A stretch of 50,477 nt of DNA from a virus (IMGVR_UViG_2695420874_000004), one strand, 5' to 3'. Counted from the first letter of the stretch, positions 1 through 9,944 are shown. The notes: generated by a model from the letters alone, not told the origin. Program-made: numbers and translations.

Positions 1-483
1 ATGACGAAGAAAAAAGCACATAAACCTGGTTCAGCGACCATCGCGCTTAACAAGCGCGCCCGTCACGAATACTTTATCGAAGAAGAGTTCGAAGCGGGAC
101 TTGCCCTGCAAGGCTGGGAAGTTAAATCCCTGCGCGCAGGAAAAGCCAATATCAGCGACAGCTACGTCCTTCTGCGTGACGGAGAGGCATTTCTGTTTGG
201 CGCTAACATCACGCCAATGGCCGTGGCCTCCACGCATGTGGTGTGCGATCCTACCCGTACCCGCAAGTTACTTCTCAACCAGCGCGAACTGGACTCATTG
301 TACGGTCGCGTCAATCGAGAAGGCTATACCGTAGTGGCGCTCTCCCTGTACTGGAAAAATGCCTGGTGCAAAGTGAAAATCGGCGTCGCCAAAGGTAAGA
401 AACAGCACGATAAACGTTCAGATATCAAAGAGCGCGAATGGCAGGTGGATAAAGCACGTATCATGAAAAACGCCCACCGTTAA
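1..483 (+). CDS. smpB: SsrA-binding protein SmpB
   Basis: 160-aa ORF whose sequence I recognise as enterobacterial SmpB; lies immediately upstream of the tmRNA gene as in E. coli/Salmonella. Confidence 0.95.
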
Positions 484-697
484 ACCTGCACTCCAATTAT
501 TGACCAGTTCCTCACCGCGCCTCCCTCTCCGGCGGCGCGAATGAACATCTTATTGGCTATCACATCCGACACAAATGTTGCCATCCCATTGCTTAATCGA
601 ATAAAAATCAGGCTACATGGGTGCTAAATCTTTAACGATAACGCCATTGAGGCTGGTCATGGCGCTCATAAATCTGGTATACTTACCTTTACACATT

Positions 698-1060
698 GGG
701 GCTGATTCTGGATTCGACGGGATTTGCGAAACCCAAGGTGCATGCCGAGGGGCGGTTGGCCTCGTAAAAAGCCGCAAAAAATAGTCGCAAACGACGAAAA
801 CTACGCTTTAGCAGCTTAATAACCTGCTTAGAGCCCTCTCTCCCTAGCCTCCGCTCTTAGGACGGGGATCAAGAGAGGTCAAACCCAAAAGAGATCGCGT
901 GGAAGCCCTGCCTGGGGTTGAAGCGTTAAAACTTAATCAGGCTAGTTTGTTAGTGGCGTGTCCGTCCGCAGCTGGCAAGCGAATGTAAAGACTGACTAAG
1001 CATGTAGTACCGAGGATGTAGGAATTTCGGACGCGGGTTCAACTCCCGCCAGCTCCACCA
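698..1060 (+). ncRNA. ssrA: tmRNA (transfer-messenger RNA, SsrA)
   Basis: Starts GGGGCTGATTCTGGATTCGACGGG and ends with a tRNA-like acceptor arm ...GGTTCAACTCCCGCCAGCTCCACCA; contains the tag reading frame GCAAACGACGAAAACTACGCTTTAGCAGCTTAA (ANDENYALAA*). 363 nt. Confidence 0.93.
1016..1060. repeat. attL core: 3' end of ssrA, repeated at 36413..36457
   Basis: 45-bp sequence ATGTAGGAATTTCGGACGCGGGTTCAACTCCCGCCAGCTCCACCA is present identically at 36413..36457. Confidence 0.75.
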
Positions 1061-1070
1061 AATAAATCAA

Positions 1071-1103
1071 GGGGTTACGTGAAAGCGTAGCCCCTTTTTC
1101 TTT
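1071..1103 (+). terminator. Putative rho-independent terminator downstream of ssrA
   Basis: Stem GGGGTTACG / CGTAGCCCC (one G-U pair) followed by TTTTTCTTT, directly after the tmRNA 3' end, in prophage-derived DNA. Confidence 0.5.
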
Positions 1104-1183
1104 GGTAGTGGCGGCAAAATGGCGACAGACTTTTGCGTCCATCTTGCCTGTCGCCATCTTGAAATCATGCAAAGAGGTTTCAC

Positions 1184-1666
1184 ATGGAAGAACTTCACTT
1201 TGTTTACATCAATGCAAATGGTCGTATCGGTGTTCACTCAATACAGAGCATCAGTTATAGCGAAAATCATATACAGGGCATTTGTAAGAACACCGATCGA
1301 ATAAAAACCTTCCGAAAAGACCGCATTCTTAAACAGTACGATTCACCAGAACAAGCCATTCAGGAATGCGCGTCATTCCTCCCCGAAAACTACTCACATC
1401 TCACTAAGCAGTCTGGTCCGAAAAAAAATACATTCGATGTGTGCTTCACCGGATTTAAGAAAGCAGATAAAGAAAGATTAGTTGATAAGGCGAATGAACA
1501 AGGATTAACGGTAAGAACCTCTGTAACCCAAAGCCTTCAGATGCTCTGTTGCGGTTACAATGCAGGCCCATCAAAAGTATCGGCAGCCAGGATGAAAGGC
1601 ACAATCATCATAGATGAGCCTGGCTTTATACATTTTCTTGAAACGGGTGAGATCCCAGATGAATAA
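1184..1666 (+). CDS. Cargo protein with WYL-like N-terminal region and BRCT-like C-terminal domain
   Basis: ORF with AGAGG Shine-Dalgarno-like sequence upstream; N-terminal ...GRIGVHSIQSIS...DRIKTFRKDRI resembles the WYL signature (R-x-F-R-x-D-R-I); C-terminal TFDVCFTGF...GLTVRTSVTQ...GYNAGPSKVSAARMKGTIIIDEPGFIHFL follows the BRCT pattern of LigA. Sits between attL and ogr where P2 has no gene. Confidence 0.5.
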   Translation: MEELHFVYINANGRIGVHSIQSISYSENHIQGICKNTDRIKTFRKDRILKQYDSPEQAIQECASFLPENYSHLTKQSGPKKNTFDVCFTGFKKADKERLVDKANEQGLTVRTSVTQSLQMLCCGYNAGPSKVSAARMKGTIIIDEPGFIHFLETGEIPDE

Positions 1667-1694
1667 AAACCTGCCGTAGCAGGTTCTCTTTCTC
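1660..1694. terminator. Putative bidirectional terminator between the WYL/BRCT gene and ogr
   Basis: Hairpin AACCTGC-CGTA-GCAGGTT flanked by an A-run on one side and a T-rich run on the other; lies between two convergent stop codons. Confidence 0.45.
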
Positions 1695-1908
1695 AAAAAT
1701 TCATATGCCCCTGACCACCTGGCAATGGATGTGGAGGGGCTGTAGCAATCAATGCAGGTGCCACAATAAACCGGACCACTGTTTCATGGGTAACAAAAGT
1801 GCTCCCGCAGTTAATATTTTGGCACTGGCAGTAACGCTCTTTGGTGCTTTCTGTTACTTGAAAACTGCTCCTTGTGTGCGCCGCATGACCACACTTCGGA
1901 CAATTCAT
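1693..1908 (-). CDS. ogr: Ogr-like zinc-finger late-gene transcription activator
   Basis: MNCPKCGHAAHTRSS...CQCQNINCGSTF has the Cys4 arrangement and strong similarity to P2 Ogr; start trimmed to the second of two adjacent Met codons (the one aligning with the P2 Ogr N-terminus). Confidence 0.8.
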   Translation of the reverse strand: MNCPKCGHAAHTRSSFQVTESTKERYCQCQNINCGSTFVTHETVVRFIVAPALIATAPPHPLPGGQGHMNF

Positions 1909-1979
1909 CATATCCAGATCCCTACCTTTGCTATCAGAATCATTGTAATGATACACAAAATATCAATATTGAGAACACT

Positions 1980-3080
1980 TTATTCCATTTCAAGATCACC
2001 AATCTTCACTTCGAGTTCAATACTGGTTGTAAAACCGTTATCCGGGCTGACGGTATGTGTCAGAGTCGTAATGGTCCATTCCGCATCATCTATCGGCTGT
2101 TTAAAGCCACTGACTTTCACTGGCATTTCCGTGTAGAGATCTGCCCGACCTTCCGCCAGTTGTAGCGAGAATGACGCAACGCCGCGTTGCAGGCGTTCCC
2201 ACTGCATTTTCGCTGCCCGTTCAGCGTTGCTCCGGTTGGCATAAGTGCGATTAAGTACCAGCACGTTTTCATCCGTACCCACCAGGTAATCGCCCTGCTT
2301 CGCTTCCGGCTCTTTCTTCTGCTTTGCGGTCCTGCGCTTACGCTTCACCGTGGTGCTTTCTTTCTTCGCGGGTTCGCGGGTATGCAACCAACTGGCAATT
2401 ACGCCCGTATAGGCTCCGCGATCTGCCAGGGTAAAGCGGTGACTGTCGCCGTCCTTGCGTGTGATAGTGATCACCGGCAGAGGTTTACCGCTGGCGCTTT
2501 TGCCCTGTCCCTGCCGGATGAATAACAGATTGCCATTTTTCACCGACGCAATAGCACCGTACTGGCGCGCCAGCCGCATCAGAAAACTGCCGTCACTCTC
2601 ATTGGTCTGGTCTATATGTTCCACGGGCTTATCCGACAGGTCTTTACCCAGTGCCATCTTCAGCTTGTGCCGCGCGGCTATTTCCTTCACCACTTCCCCG
2701 ACGGTGGTCTTGTGCCACGACTTTTCACGACGGGTATTCAGCGTTTCCCGAAAATCAGCACTTCGCGCCCGGATAGTCAGGCGGTCCGGTGCGCCAATGT
2801 GTTCAATCTCGTCCACCGTGAATGCCCCTTTAGGGAAAAGCGGCTGCCCCTTCCAGCCCAGCGCCAGCGTAATGACCGCACCACGGCGCGGCAGCACGAT
2901 TTTTCCGTCGGCATCGTCCAGCTCCAGATCAAGCTGGTCCGCTTCAAAGCCCCGATTGTCCGTCAGAGTCAAACTCATCAGGCGGTTATCCAGCACAGTG
3001 GTGATATCCCTGCCCTCAATACTGATGCTGAATTCGGGAGTTTTGTTGCCTTTGTTAAGCAGTTCAGAGCTGAAATTCAC
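1980..3080 (-). CDS. D: P2 gpD-like tail protein
   Basis: 366-aa ORF at the position and with the character of P2 gpD, following U and T. Confidence 0.88.
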   Translation of the reverse strand: MNFSSELLNKGNKTPEFSISIEGRDITTVLDNRLMSLTLTDNRGFEADQLDLELDDADGKIVLPRRGAVITLALGWKGQPLFPKGAFTVDEIEHIGAPDRLTIRARSADFRETLNTRREKSWHKTTVGEVVKEIAARHKLKMALGKDLSDKPVEHIDQTNESDGSFLMRLARQYGAIASVKNGNLLFIRQGQGKSASGKPLPVITITRKDGDSHRFTLADRGAYTGVIASWLHTREPAKKESTTVKRKRRTAKQKKEPEAKQGDYLVGTDENVLVLNRTYANRSNAERAAKMQWERLQRGVASFSLQLAEGRADLYTEMPVKVSGFKQPIDDAEWTITTLTHTVSPDNGFTTSIELEVKIGDLEME

Positions 3081-3562
3081 GACAGCAGCCCTCCCACCGT
3101 TTTACTGATATCACTTAAGGCAGATGTTGCCGTGTCCTGCAGATTATTCAGTTGCGTACTGAGATCACCGAACATATCGGACAGGGATTCATCCACCCGT
3201 TTGAGCGACAGGGTGAACTCAATCCGACGCGGCATACCGTCGCGGAAAAACTCCGTTTTAGTCAGATTCAGTCCCTCAATCACATACATGCCGTAAATCG
3301 TGCCGCTGCCTTCAATCAGGGGCCATGCTTTTCCCTGTTCTGCCATCTGCTCCAGAGCCAGCAACGACAGCCTGCCGCCCGTTATCTCCGGCATAAGAAC
3401 ACCAGAAAGCGTCAGCATGTCGTTGTCCGGTCCCAGAAACTGCGTGGACGGACGACGGTTTACCCGGCTGTTTGCCGCATGTCGCCAGCTGCGTTGATAC
3501 TGCAGTTCCTGATACGGAACGGTGCGCAGCATAAACACGTACAATCCCAGCACCATCATCAT
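3077..3562 (-). CDS. U: P2 gpU-like tail protein
   Basis: 161 aa, recognised as gpU-like; overlaps D and T ends as in P2. Confidence 0.88.
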   Translation of the reverse strand: MMMVLGLYVFMLRTVPYQELQYQRSWRHAANSRVNRRPSTQFLGPDNDMLTLSGVLMPEITGGRLSLLALEQMAEQGKAWPLIEGSGTIYGMYVIEGLNLTKTEFFRDGMPRRIEFTLSLKRVDESLSDMFGDLSTQLNNLQDTATSALSDISKTVGGLLS

Positions 3563-6500
3563 GCGTCGTATCCCCCCTGATCGCTGTAGTTACTCCTGGC
3601 TTTTGCCTTCAGCCTGCGTTCACGTTCATCAAGCTGGCGTGCCACCTCCCGCGCAATATCCTGCGCACTTTGTCCTGGCTGCGTCTGAATGATGATCTGC
3701 GTCGGTGCCTCAATCCGGTGAACGGGCGGCACAGTGGCTGCACGACTCACCATCGCTTCGCCGCCTTTCGCGGGAAGTGCCAAAGGATGCAACGGTGGAA
3801 GCTCTGCAGGCGCGGCAGCAACGCCCATCATTCCGGCAACAACGGCAGCCAGTGCAGCTGTATTTCTCCGGCTGGTCACATTTGCCGGGCCGTTAACAAT
3901 TTCCGGCCCGTTTTCACCGACGATGCCAAACTGCCCGCGCGGGATATAGCCGCCGCTGTCATACATCCCCGCAAAGCCATATCCCCATGACGGAAAACCA
4001 CCCGGTGGCATCATTACTTTACCGTCTGCATTCACCGTCGCAGGTTGCTGACGCGTCACTCTTTCCGGCAGTTTCGCCTTTGCAGCCTCTTTACTGACAA
4101 TGCCGAGTTTCTCCAGCAACCAGGAAACGCCGGATTTCAGGGAGTCCAGCGGATGCATTACCATATTCAGCCCTTCCGCCAGTGCCTCCCCGAATCGTCG
4201 CCCCATTGCCGCTGCGCTCTGCAGTTCGGCAGAGGTCGACTTAACGGGCGTCAGCAGATCAGTAAACCAGCCCCACAACGCCTGCACTTTGTCGCCAATC
4301 CACTGAAACACAGGCTTAAGTGGTTCGAATGCTGCACTGATGGGACCTGCCGCCGCTTTGAATCCTTCCACCACACCAGCGAGAAATGCGGTGATGGGTT
4401 GCCAGTATTTCCAGACAACCAGCGCCACGCCCGCCAGTGCAGTAACCACAAGACCTATCGGACTGAGCAGAGCACCTAACAGACCAGATATGGCATACAG
4501 GGCAACGCGCAGCATCGCCAGCGGACCAGATGCAAGCACACGAAGCACCGCGCCTGCGGCAGCCAGTCCACCGCGCAGTACCGCCAGAGGATTCATAAAC
4601 ATCACAGCAACAGCACGTAAACCGGATAATCCGGACCGCAATAGTGCAACCGGCGCACCTGCTACAGTTTTCAGGACATTTCCCGTCAGTGATGCCGTAC
4701 GGCGCAAAGACGACAACGGCGCAGTAAGTAAACCCGCTGCGTTACCCGATGAAGCAAGCCCGCGTCGCAGCAGTATCAGTGGTGCGCCAGCCAGCCAGGA
4801 CAACGCGCTGCTGGTTCGAGTTACTGCTGCCGTAACGGAAGGTAACGTTTTGATACCCAGCACAGAGAATCCCAGACGGATCACTGCCAGCGGCCCCAGC
4901 ACTGCAGCCAGCGCCACCGCTAAGGTGCCGAGGCCGACAGTAACCGCAGCCACAACAGCCGCTGCTTTCATCAGTGCGCCTGTCAGTTCCGGGTTAGCTT
5001 CCACCCAGCGGCGCAACGCCCCCGTGATGCTTTTCACCGTGTACAGAATATCCATCAGCGGCTGGCGCAGCGTTTCGCCCAGGCTGCTGAAGGTGTTCTG
5101 CGCTCCGGTTTTGACCAGCAACCACTGAGCAGAAAGTGAGTCTTTGTTGATGTCGGATTCTTTCTGCATGGAACCGAGCGCATCATTGCCCGCTGTCAGT
5201 TTTAGCTGACGCTGCAGTTCCGGAAGGTTGTTTGCCAGTTTCGCCGCGTCATCACCAAACTCTTTACCAAACAACATGGTCATGGCAGACAGACGCTTGT
5301 CCTGCGGCAGTGCGTTCACCTTCTCCAGCACGCGCTGGATGGTTCCCATCGCATCCTTCGTCATCTGCTTTTCAATCACTTCAGGATTGAGTTTCAGCAG
5401 ATTCATCCCTTCAAAGAAACTCTTGCTTTGCATGGTGGCAATGGACAATTCACGCACCATCGCGTTTGCTGCACTGGCTGCAACCTCTGGCGCAGCGCCC
5501 AGTGTCAGGAAGGTGGAACCCAGCGCCGCCGCTTTACGATAATCCAGACGATCAGCCACACCGCCCAGGCGTTGCATGACATCAATGATGTCTGCACCTT
5601 TCGACATGGCGTTATCATCCAGATAGTTCAGCGCATCACCGAGCTGTTCAATATTGCGGGTAGGGATTTTGTAGAGCTGGGCGATTTTCCCCAGACTTTC
5701 TGACAGTTCATCCGCTGGCAGCTCAAAGGCTGTTGCCGCCTTTGCTGCCGTACTGGCGAAGGCCAGCAGGTCACGTTTCTGGTCTTCCCAGCTGTCGTCA
5801 GGGTTTGCGACGTTCATGCGCGCACCACCTTCAACCAGTGCAGCGAAATCCACCGCACCGTTTTCCATCGGCAACTGTTCGCTGGCAGCCTTGATGGCAT
5901 CCTGCATTTCATAAAAACGTGCAGTGCGGTTGCCATTATCGTCACGCAGACCATTGACCTGCTTTGCCACACCTTTCATGGCATCTTCCATGCTGGTATA
6001 GCTTTTTACTGCCGCCATCACTGGTGCGCCCATTGCCAGCCCTGCAGCCGTGGTGGTGGCTCCGGCACCTGCAATCCGATCCCTTACTTCAAGACGCCTG
6101 GCGTAAGCCCCCCGGGCGGCGTGCATTTTTCGCTGTTGCTCCCCGACACGTCGTAACCTCGCTTCCTGCTCAGAAAGCTGCCTGTTATAACGCATCGTTT
6201 CACGGGTAATGCGGGCCGTCGCACTGGCACCATCATTAGCTGAAATACCAGCACGATAAAGTTCTGCACGCACAAGCGCCGTCTGCTGCTGCAGCTTTTT
6301 CTGGCGTTCTTCCAGGCGCTGAACAGCCAGCCGTTGACGGCCCAGAGCAACAACCTGACGTTGCGAAGGCGGCCCCATCGCTCCCAGTTCCTGACTGAGC
6401 AAATTTGCACGCTGGCAGGCATAGCTCAGCCTGTCGCCTAATTTCTGATTTTCTGCCTGCAGCTTTCGGAAGCTGTCCAGACTGCTCCCGGCCTGATCAA

Positions 6501-6636
6501 GCTGCTTTATTGAATCGCGGGATTTTTTGACAGCAGCAGCCAGTTCTCTTGAACTGGCCTGCGCAGATCGAAATGGGCGGGTGAGCTTGTCAACCGCATT
6601 AAGAATGACCTGCAGACGCAGGTTATTGTCACTCAT
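3559..6636 (-). CDS. T: Tail tape measure protein (gpT-like)
   Basis: About 1000-aa Ala/Gly-rich protein with coiled-coil N-terminus and hydrophobic central region, between E and U; start set to the ATG at 6634..6636 (MSDNNLR...) rather than the upstream GTG. Confidence 0.88.
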   Translation of the reverse strand: MSDNNLRLQVILNAVDKLTRPFRSAQASSRELAAAVKKSRDSIKQLDQAGSSLDSFRKLQAENQKLGDRLSYACQRANLLSQELGAMGPPSQRQVVALGRQRLAVQRLEERQKKLQQQTALVRAELYRAGISANDGASATARITRETMRYNRQLSEQEARLRRVGEQQRKMHAARGAYARRLEVRDRIAGAGATTTAAGLAMGAPVMAAVKSYTSMEDAMKGVAKQVNGLRDDNGNRTARFYEMQDAIKAASEQLPMENGAVDFAALVEGGARMNVANPDDSWEDQKRDLLAFASTAAKAATAFELPADELSESLGKIAQLYKIPTRNIEQLGDALNYLDDNAMSKGADIIDVMQRLGGVADRLDYRKAAALGSTFLTLGAAPEVAASAANAMVRELSIATMQSKSFFEGMNLLKLNPEVIEKQMTKDAMGTIQRVLEKVNALPQDKRLSAMTMLFGKEFGDDAAKLANNLPELQRQLKLTAGNDALGSMQKESDINKDSLSAQWLLVKTGAQNTFSSLGETLRQPLMDILYTVKSITGALRRWVEANPELTGALMKAAAVVAAVTVGLGTLAVALAAVLGPLAVIRLGFSVLGIKTLPSVTAAVTRTSSALSWLAGAPLILLRRGLASSGNAAGLLTAPLSSLRRTASLTGNVLKTVAGAPVALLRSGLSGLRAVAVMFMNPLAVLRGGLAAAGAVLRVLASGPLAMLRVALYAISGLLGALLSPIGLVVTALAGVALVVWKYWQPITAFLAGVVEGFKAAAGPISAAFEPLKPVFQWIGDKVQALWGWFTDLLTPVKSTSAELQSAAAMGRRFGEALAEGLNMVMHPLDSLKSGVSWLLEKLGIVSKEAAKAKLPERVTRQQPATVNADGKVMMPPGGFPSWGYGFAGMYDSGGYIPRGQFGIVGENGPEIVNGPANVTSRRNTAALAAVVAGMMGVAAAPAELPPLHPLALPAKGGEAMVSRAATVPPVHRIEAPTQIIIQTQPGQSAQDIAREVARQLDERERRLKAKARSNYSDQGGYDA

Positions 6637-7065
6637 GGCTGGCCCCACTTCTCTGAATCGCTTTATACCGCCATTCCAGCACTTCGGTCAGCGGCATAAC
6701 GTCAGTAACGGATGGCGGCCAGTGAAAGATGGTGGCGATATCAGCCACCAGATCGTCAACCGTCAGGCTGTCGGTAAACCGGCAAGCACCGACTTCTTCA
6801 ACAAAAAAGTGACAACCTCAACCGACATGGCAGTGAGATCTGCCGGGTCCATCTCTGCAATTTCCTGTGCAGTCAGTGCCGGACTGGAGATGCGGGGGAT
6901 CACGGTCATCATCGCGTTCACATCCATATCCATAATGGCCTGCAGGCGTGTGCCGCGCAGCGCACCGGACTGCGGTTTACGCAGCACAATTTCGGTGACT
7001 TCTGTTTTACCGCGCATGATGGGGGTATCCAGTTGAATGGTCTTTTCAGTCTGCTTATCGCTCAT
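6629..7065 (-). CDS. E': gpE+E' -1 programmed-frameshift product (tail assembly chaperone, long form)
   Basis: Manual translation: a -1 shift at TTTTTTG (plus-strand 6802..6808) opens a frame that runs to a TGA at 6629..6631, overlapping the T start; product about 145 aa, matching the known P2 E/E' arrangement. Confidence 0.6.
6763..7065 (-). CDS. E: Tail assembly chaperone gpE
   Basis: 100-aa ORF upstream of T; contains T_TTT_TTG slippery heptamer near its 3' end. Confidence 0.85.
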   Translation of the reverse strand: MSDKQTEKTIQLDTPIMRGKTEVTEIVLRKPQSGALRGTRLQAIMDMDVNAMMTVIPRISSPALTAQEIAEMDPADLTAMSVEVVTFLLKKSVLAGLPTA

Positions 7066-7119
7066 TTTGTTGTCCTGTAAATTGGGTTCTGGCGCGGAAT
7101 CCCGTGCCGTTCAGATACA

Positions 7120-7635
7120 TCAGAGGCCGAGGGCGTTGCGGTGCGCTTCCATCAGGTCCACACCGTTCACAATTTCCACCATGTTGATAAGGTCCACTTC
7201 ATAGAGCACCTCACCATTGATGGTCAGCTTCGCGTAGCTGTTGGTACTGGTCACTTTGGTGGTGTTGCTTTCGCCCGTCTTCCACTCGCCGGAATCCACT
7301 TCTTTGTGACGTCCACGCACCACAAGCTCCACGGCCTGCACTTCCCCGGTATCATCACGCTGGATAGAGCCGGTAAAGCGCAACTGGATGCCATCCACCG
7401 TGGCTTTGCCCATCTGTTTAAACAGCAGCAGTTCAGTACCACCAATGGAAAATTCTGTGTCCAGAGCACTGTCATCAAGCCCCAGATCCACATCCACTGC
7501 ACCCGGCATTCCGCCGCCGCGATACTTCTCATATTTGCGGGTGAATTTCGGCAGCGTCAGAGACTCTACGATCCCCTGCCAGTTGTTCCCGTCGTTAAAC
7601 AGGTTCAGATGTTTTAATTTGCGTGGTAAAGCCAT
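7120..7635 (-). CDS. FII: Tail tube protein (gpFII-like)
   Basis: 171-aa ORF recognised as P2 FII-like, directly downstream of the sheath gene. Confidence 0.9.
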   Translation of the reverse strand: MALPRKLKHLNLFNDGNNWQGIVESLTLPKFTRKYEKYRGGGMPGAVDVDLGLDDSALDTEFSIGGTELLLFKQMGKATVDGIQLRFTGSIQRDDTGEVQAVELVVRGRHKEVDSGEWKTGESNTTKVTSTNSYAKLTINGEVLYEVDLINMVEIVNGVDLMEAHRNALGL

Positions 7636-7644
7636 GTTGTCCCC

Positions 7645-8817
7645 TTACGCGCTGACCTGGCTGGCAAAATTCACCAGGTACTGATCGGTGATGCGCTGAC
7701 GCAGCATCAGATTTTCAAGTGGCGGCACTGGCGTGTAGTCATAGTCGATGGTGAGTTTTCCGGCTTTCAGCGTGTCTTTGTCGTTCACCGACTCGTCCAG
7801 CCAGCAATCACCACCAATGAGATACCCCTGACTGACCAGGCTGCGCATTTTGGCGCGGATACCTTCGATAATGTCGCGGGCCAGCGACGGGTTCAGCGGT
7901 TTGTCCACCGCCCACATATGCGCTTCTGCCATCGTGTCCATCAGTACCTGCGCCGTGCGGGTGTAGTTTTCGAAGGCAAAGAGCGGGTCATCACTCAGGC
8001 AGCGGGAACCCCAGAAGCGGAAACCGTCTTTGCGGATAAGCGTGGTGACGTCGTTCTGGTTAAGCAGTCCCGCATCGGTTGCCGGGTCCTGCAGATCCCA
8101 GAACACATCTGCAGAAATTCCGGTGACACCGTTCACGCCCACGTTGGACAGGCTTTTGTGCCACCCGGTCTGCTCATCAATTTTGGCGCGCAGACCAAGC
8201 GCACGGGCGGTGGCATATGCCGTTGCTTCGGCATTCAGCACCGTGTCCCAGCCAGTAAAGTCAGGCCAGATCAGCATTCCTTCGCGCTGGCTGAAGTTTT
8301 CACGGTAAGTGATCGCCTCCTGTACCGTCTTGCAGCCATATGCTGACAGGTAGGCAAACCCACGCAGGCTTTGCGCCACACTCAGCAACTCAGTAGCAAC
8401 GGCTTTGTTATCATGACCTGGCACGCCGAGAATGCGCGGTTTAACGCCGAGCTGTGTCTGAGCAGATAACAGGGCTTTCATGCCTGTTTTTTTTCCTTCA
8501 GCGGTCACTGCACCGATGATATTGGTCGTGGTTTCTTCTTCCGTTTCACCCTGCGGCACACGCACAACAACGGTCACGGGTTTTGCCTGGTCAGCGATGG
8601 CGTCCAGCGAACGGGCCAGCGTGCCGGACTCACCCGCTTTACCGCTGGCAGTCAGCACATCAGTGATCAGTACGGGTTTATTAAGAGGAAACATTTTTGC
8701 ATCGGCATCATCGCCCGTGCAGACCATGCCCACGATGGCTGTGCTCACCGTGGTAATGGATCGGGTGCCTTCGTTGACTTCAACAACGCGCACCCCGTGG
8801 TGGTAATCCTGAGCCAT
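7645..8817 (-). CDS. FI: Contractile tail sheath protein (gpFI-like)
   Basis: 390-aa ORF recognised as P2 FI-like sheath protein. Confidence 0.92.
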   Translation of the reverse strand: MAQDYHHGVRVVEVNEGTRSITTVSTAIVGMVCTGDDADAKMFPLNKPVLITDVLTASGKAGESGTLARSLDAIADQAKPVTVVVRVPQGETEEETTTNIIGAVTAEGKKTGMKALLSAQTQLGVKPRILGVPGHDNKAVATELLSVAQSLRGFAYLSAYGCKTVQEAITYRENFSQREGMLIWPDFTGWDTVLNAEATAYATARALGLRAKIDEQTGWHKSLSNVGVNGVTGISADVFWDLQDPATDAGLLNQNDVTTLIRKDGFRFWGSRCLSDDPLFAFENYTRTAQVLMDTMAEAHMWAVDKPLNPSLARDIIEGIRAKMRSLVSQGYLIGGDCWLDESVNDKDTLKAGKLTIDYDYTPVPPLENLMLRQRITDQYLVNFASQVSA

Positions 8818-8893
8818 AGTGGCGAACCTCCTGGTTGGATTAGGCTTCGCCCTATGTTGAAGTGATTGTGCCTGACAAACAGCTAAGCGCAGT

Positions 8894-8911
8894 TGTACCG
8901 TTATTCACACA
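8894..8911 (-). promoter_or_regulatory. Ogr-type late promoter dyad (TGT-N12-ACA) upstream of the FI operon
   Basis: TGTACCGTTATTCACACA about 85 bp upstream of the FI start codon; nearly the same sequence recurs in the O/P intergenic region. Confidence 0.45.
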
Positions 8912-8959
8912 AAATGACGGTATTTGTCTGCTTTCAGGGATAATCAAAATAAAGCTGAT

Positions 8960-9526
8960 TCAGGGAGATTCATTGCTCTTATTTGCCGGAAATTTTCGAT
9001 AAATGGTAGAAACGCCTACATCAAAAATCAGTGCAATACGCTGTCTTGATTCTCCGGCCTCGAGTAAACGCCCAATCTGTGCCCACTGTTCGCTGGTCAA
9101 CTTAGGACGGCGTCCACCTACTCTGCCTTTAACACGAGCTGCAGCCAGCCCTGCCCTGGTACGTTCAACTATCAGTTCGCGTTCCATTTCAGCCAGGGCA
9201 CCCATGACATGAAAAAAGAAACGGCCCATTGGGGTACTGGTATCAATACTGTCAGTCAGGCTTCGGAAATTCACGCCACGCTGGCGCAACTCTTCTATCA
9301 GCGTAACAAGATGCCGCATACTGCGCCCCAACCTGTCCAGCTTCCAGACAACCAGCGTGTCTCCTGCCGATAGTGTCCTGAGCAGTTTTTTCAGCCCCGG
9401 TCTGTCGGACTTAGTGCCACTGATTTTGTCCTCAAAAATCCGCTCACATCCCGCGCAGTTCAGTGCATTACGTTGCAAATCGGTGTTCTGGTCATTTGTT
9501 GACACGCGTACATAGCCAATAAGCAT
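8960..9526 (-). CDS. Site-specific DNA invertase, Gin/Cin/Pin/Hin family serine recombinase
   Basis: MLIGYVRVSTNDQNTDLQRNAL...LVVWKLDRLGRSMRHL...GRFFFHVMGALAEMEREL... is near-identical in pattern to Gin/Cin; start trimmed to the Met aligning with Gin. Confidence 0.9.
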   Translation of the reverse strand: MLIGYVRVSTNDQNTDLQRNALNCAGCERIFEDKISGTKSDRPGLKKLLRTLSAGDTLVVWKLDRLGRSMRHLVTLIEELRQRGVNFRSLTDSIDTSTPMGRFFFHVMGALAEMERELIVERTRAGLAAARVKGRVGGRRPKLTSEQWAQIGRLLEAGESRQRIALIFDVGVSTIYRKFPANKSNESP

Positions 9527-9581
9527 GATCATCCCCCTGAATAAAAACCGGAGATGATGCCAGTTAGCCGTAATCTCTGCA

Positions 9582-9607
9582 TTTTCTTAAACGTTGGTTT
9601 GGGAGAA
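9582..9607. repeat. Invertase crossover site (gix/hix-like), left
   Basis: TTTTCTTAAACG TT GGTTTGGGAGAA: 26-bp site with two 12-bp half-sites; its right half is the reverse complement of the left half of the site at 11424..11449. Confidence 0.6.
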
Positions 9608-9943
9608 TTATCTCTGGCTGGCACTGCATCGGGTGTCATTGGTCTGAATGGGTATGTAACGATTCCGTTAATTATTTCAGGTTCCCGGAGAACACTGATT
9701 ATTCAGTGGGGGCAGGCGAGATTTGGTGGGTCTGGTGGTGAAGATGCCGGATATCTTAATGATTTTCCTTTTGCCTTTCCGTCAGCATGTTATGGAATGA
9801 TAGTTAGTCATGTGGGGCATACACCTTCAGGCGCAGGAATCCTGTCGGCTTCTGCAATTACATCAAATCAGTTCCGCGGTTTTTCAAGCATAGCGACTGC
9901 TGCAAACGCTGTATTAGGTCGTTATATCGCTATAGGGGTGTAA
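9608..9943 (+). CDS. Alternative tail-fibre C-terminal segment (promoterless in this orientation; 5' part supplied by H after inversion)
   Basis: ORF begins at the crossover site and ends 1 bp before the opposite-orientation assembly gene; Gly/Ser-rich fibre-tip-like composition. Coordinates approximate. Confidence 0.45.
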   Translation, partial: LSLAGTASGVIGLNGYVTIPLIISGSRRTLIIQWGQARFGGSGGEDAGYLNDFPFAFPSACYGMIVSHVGHTPSGAGILSASAITSNQFRGFSSIATAANAVLGRYIAIGV

Positions 9944-9944
9944 T

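Noticed and set aside
101-334. 77-aa ORF in an alternative frame inside smpB
   Set aside because: Fully contained within a well-recognised conserved gene.
3670-5128. Several long plus-strand ORFs (106-262 aa) inside the tape-measure gene
   Set aside because: They lie antisense to a confidently identified phage gene, have skewed low-complexity translations (Ala/Ser/Pro/Arg-rich) and are typical GC-rich antisense artefacts.
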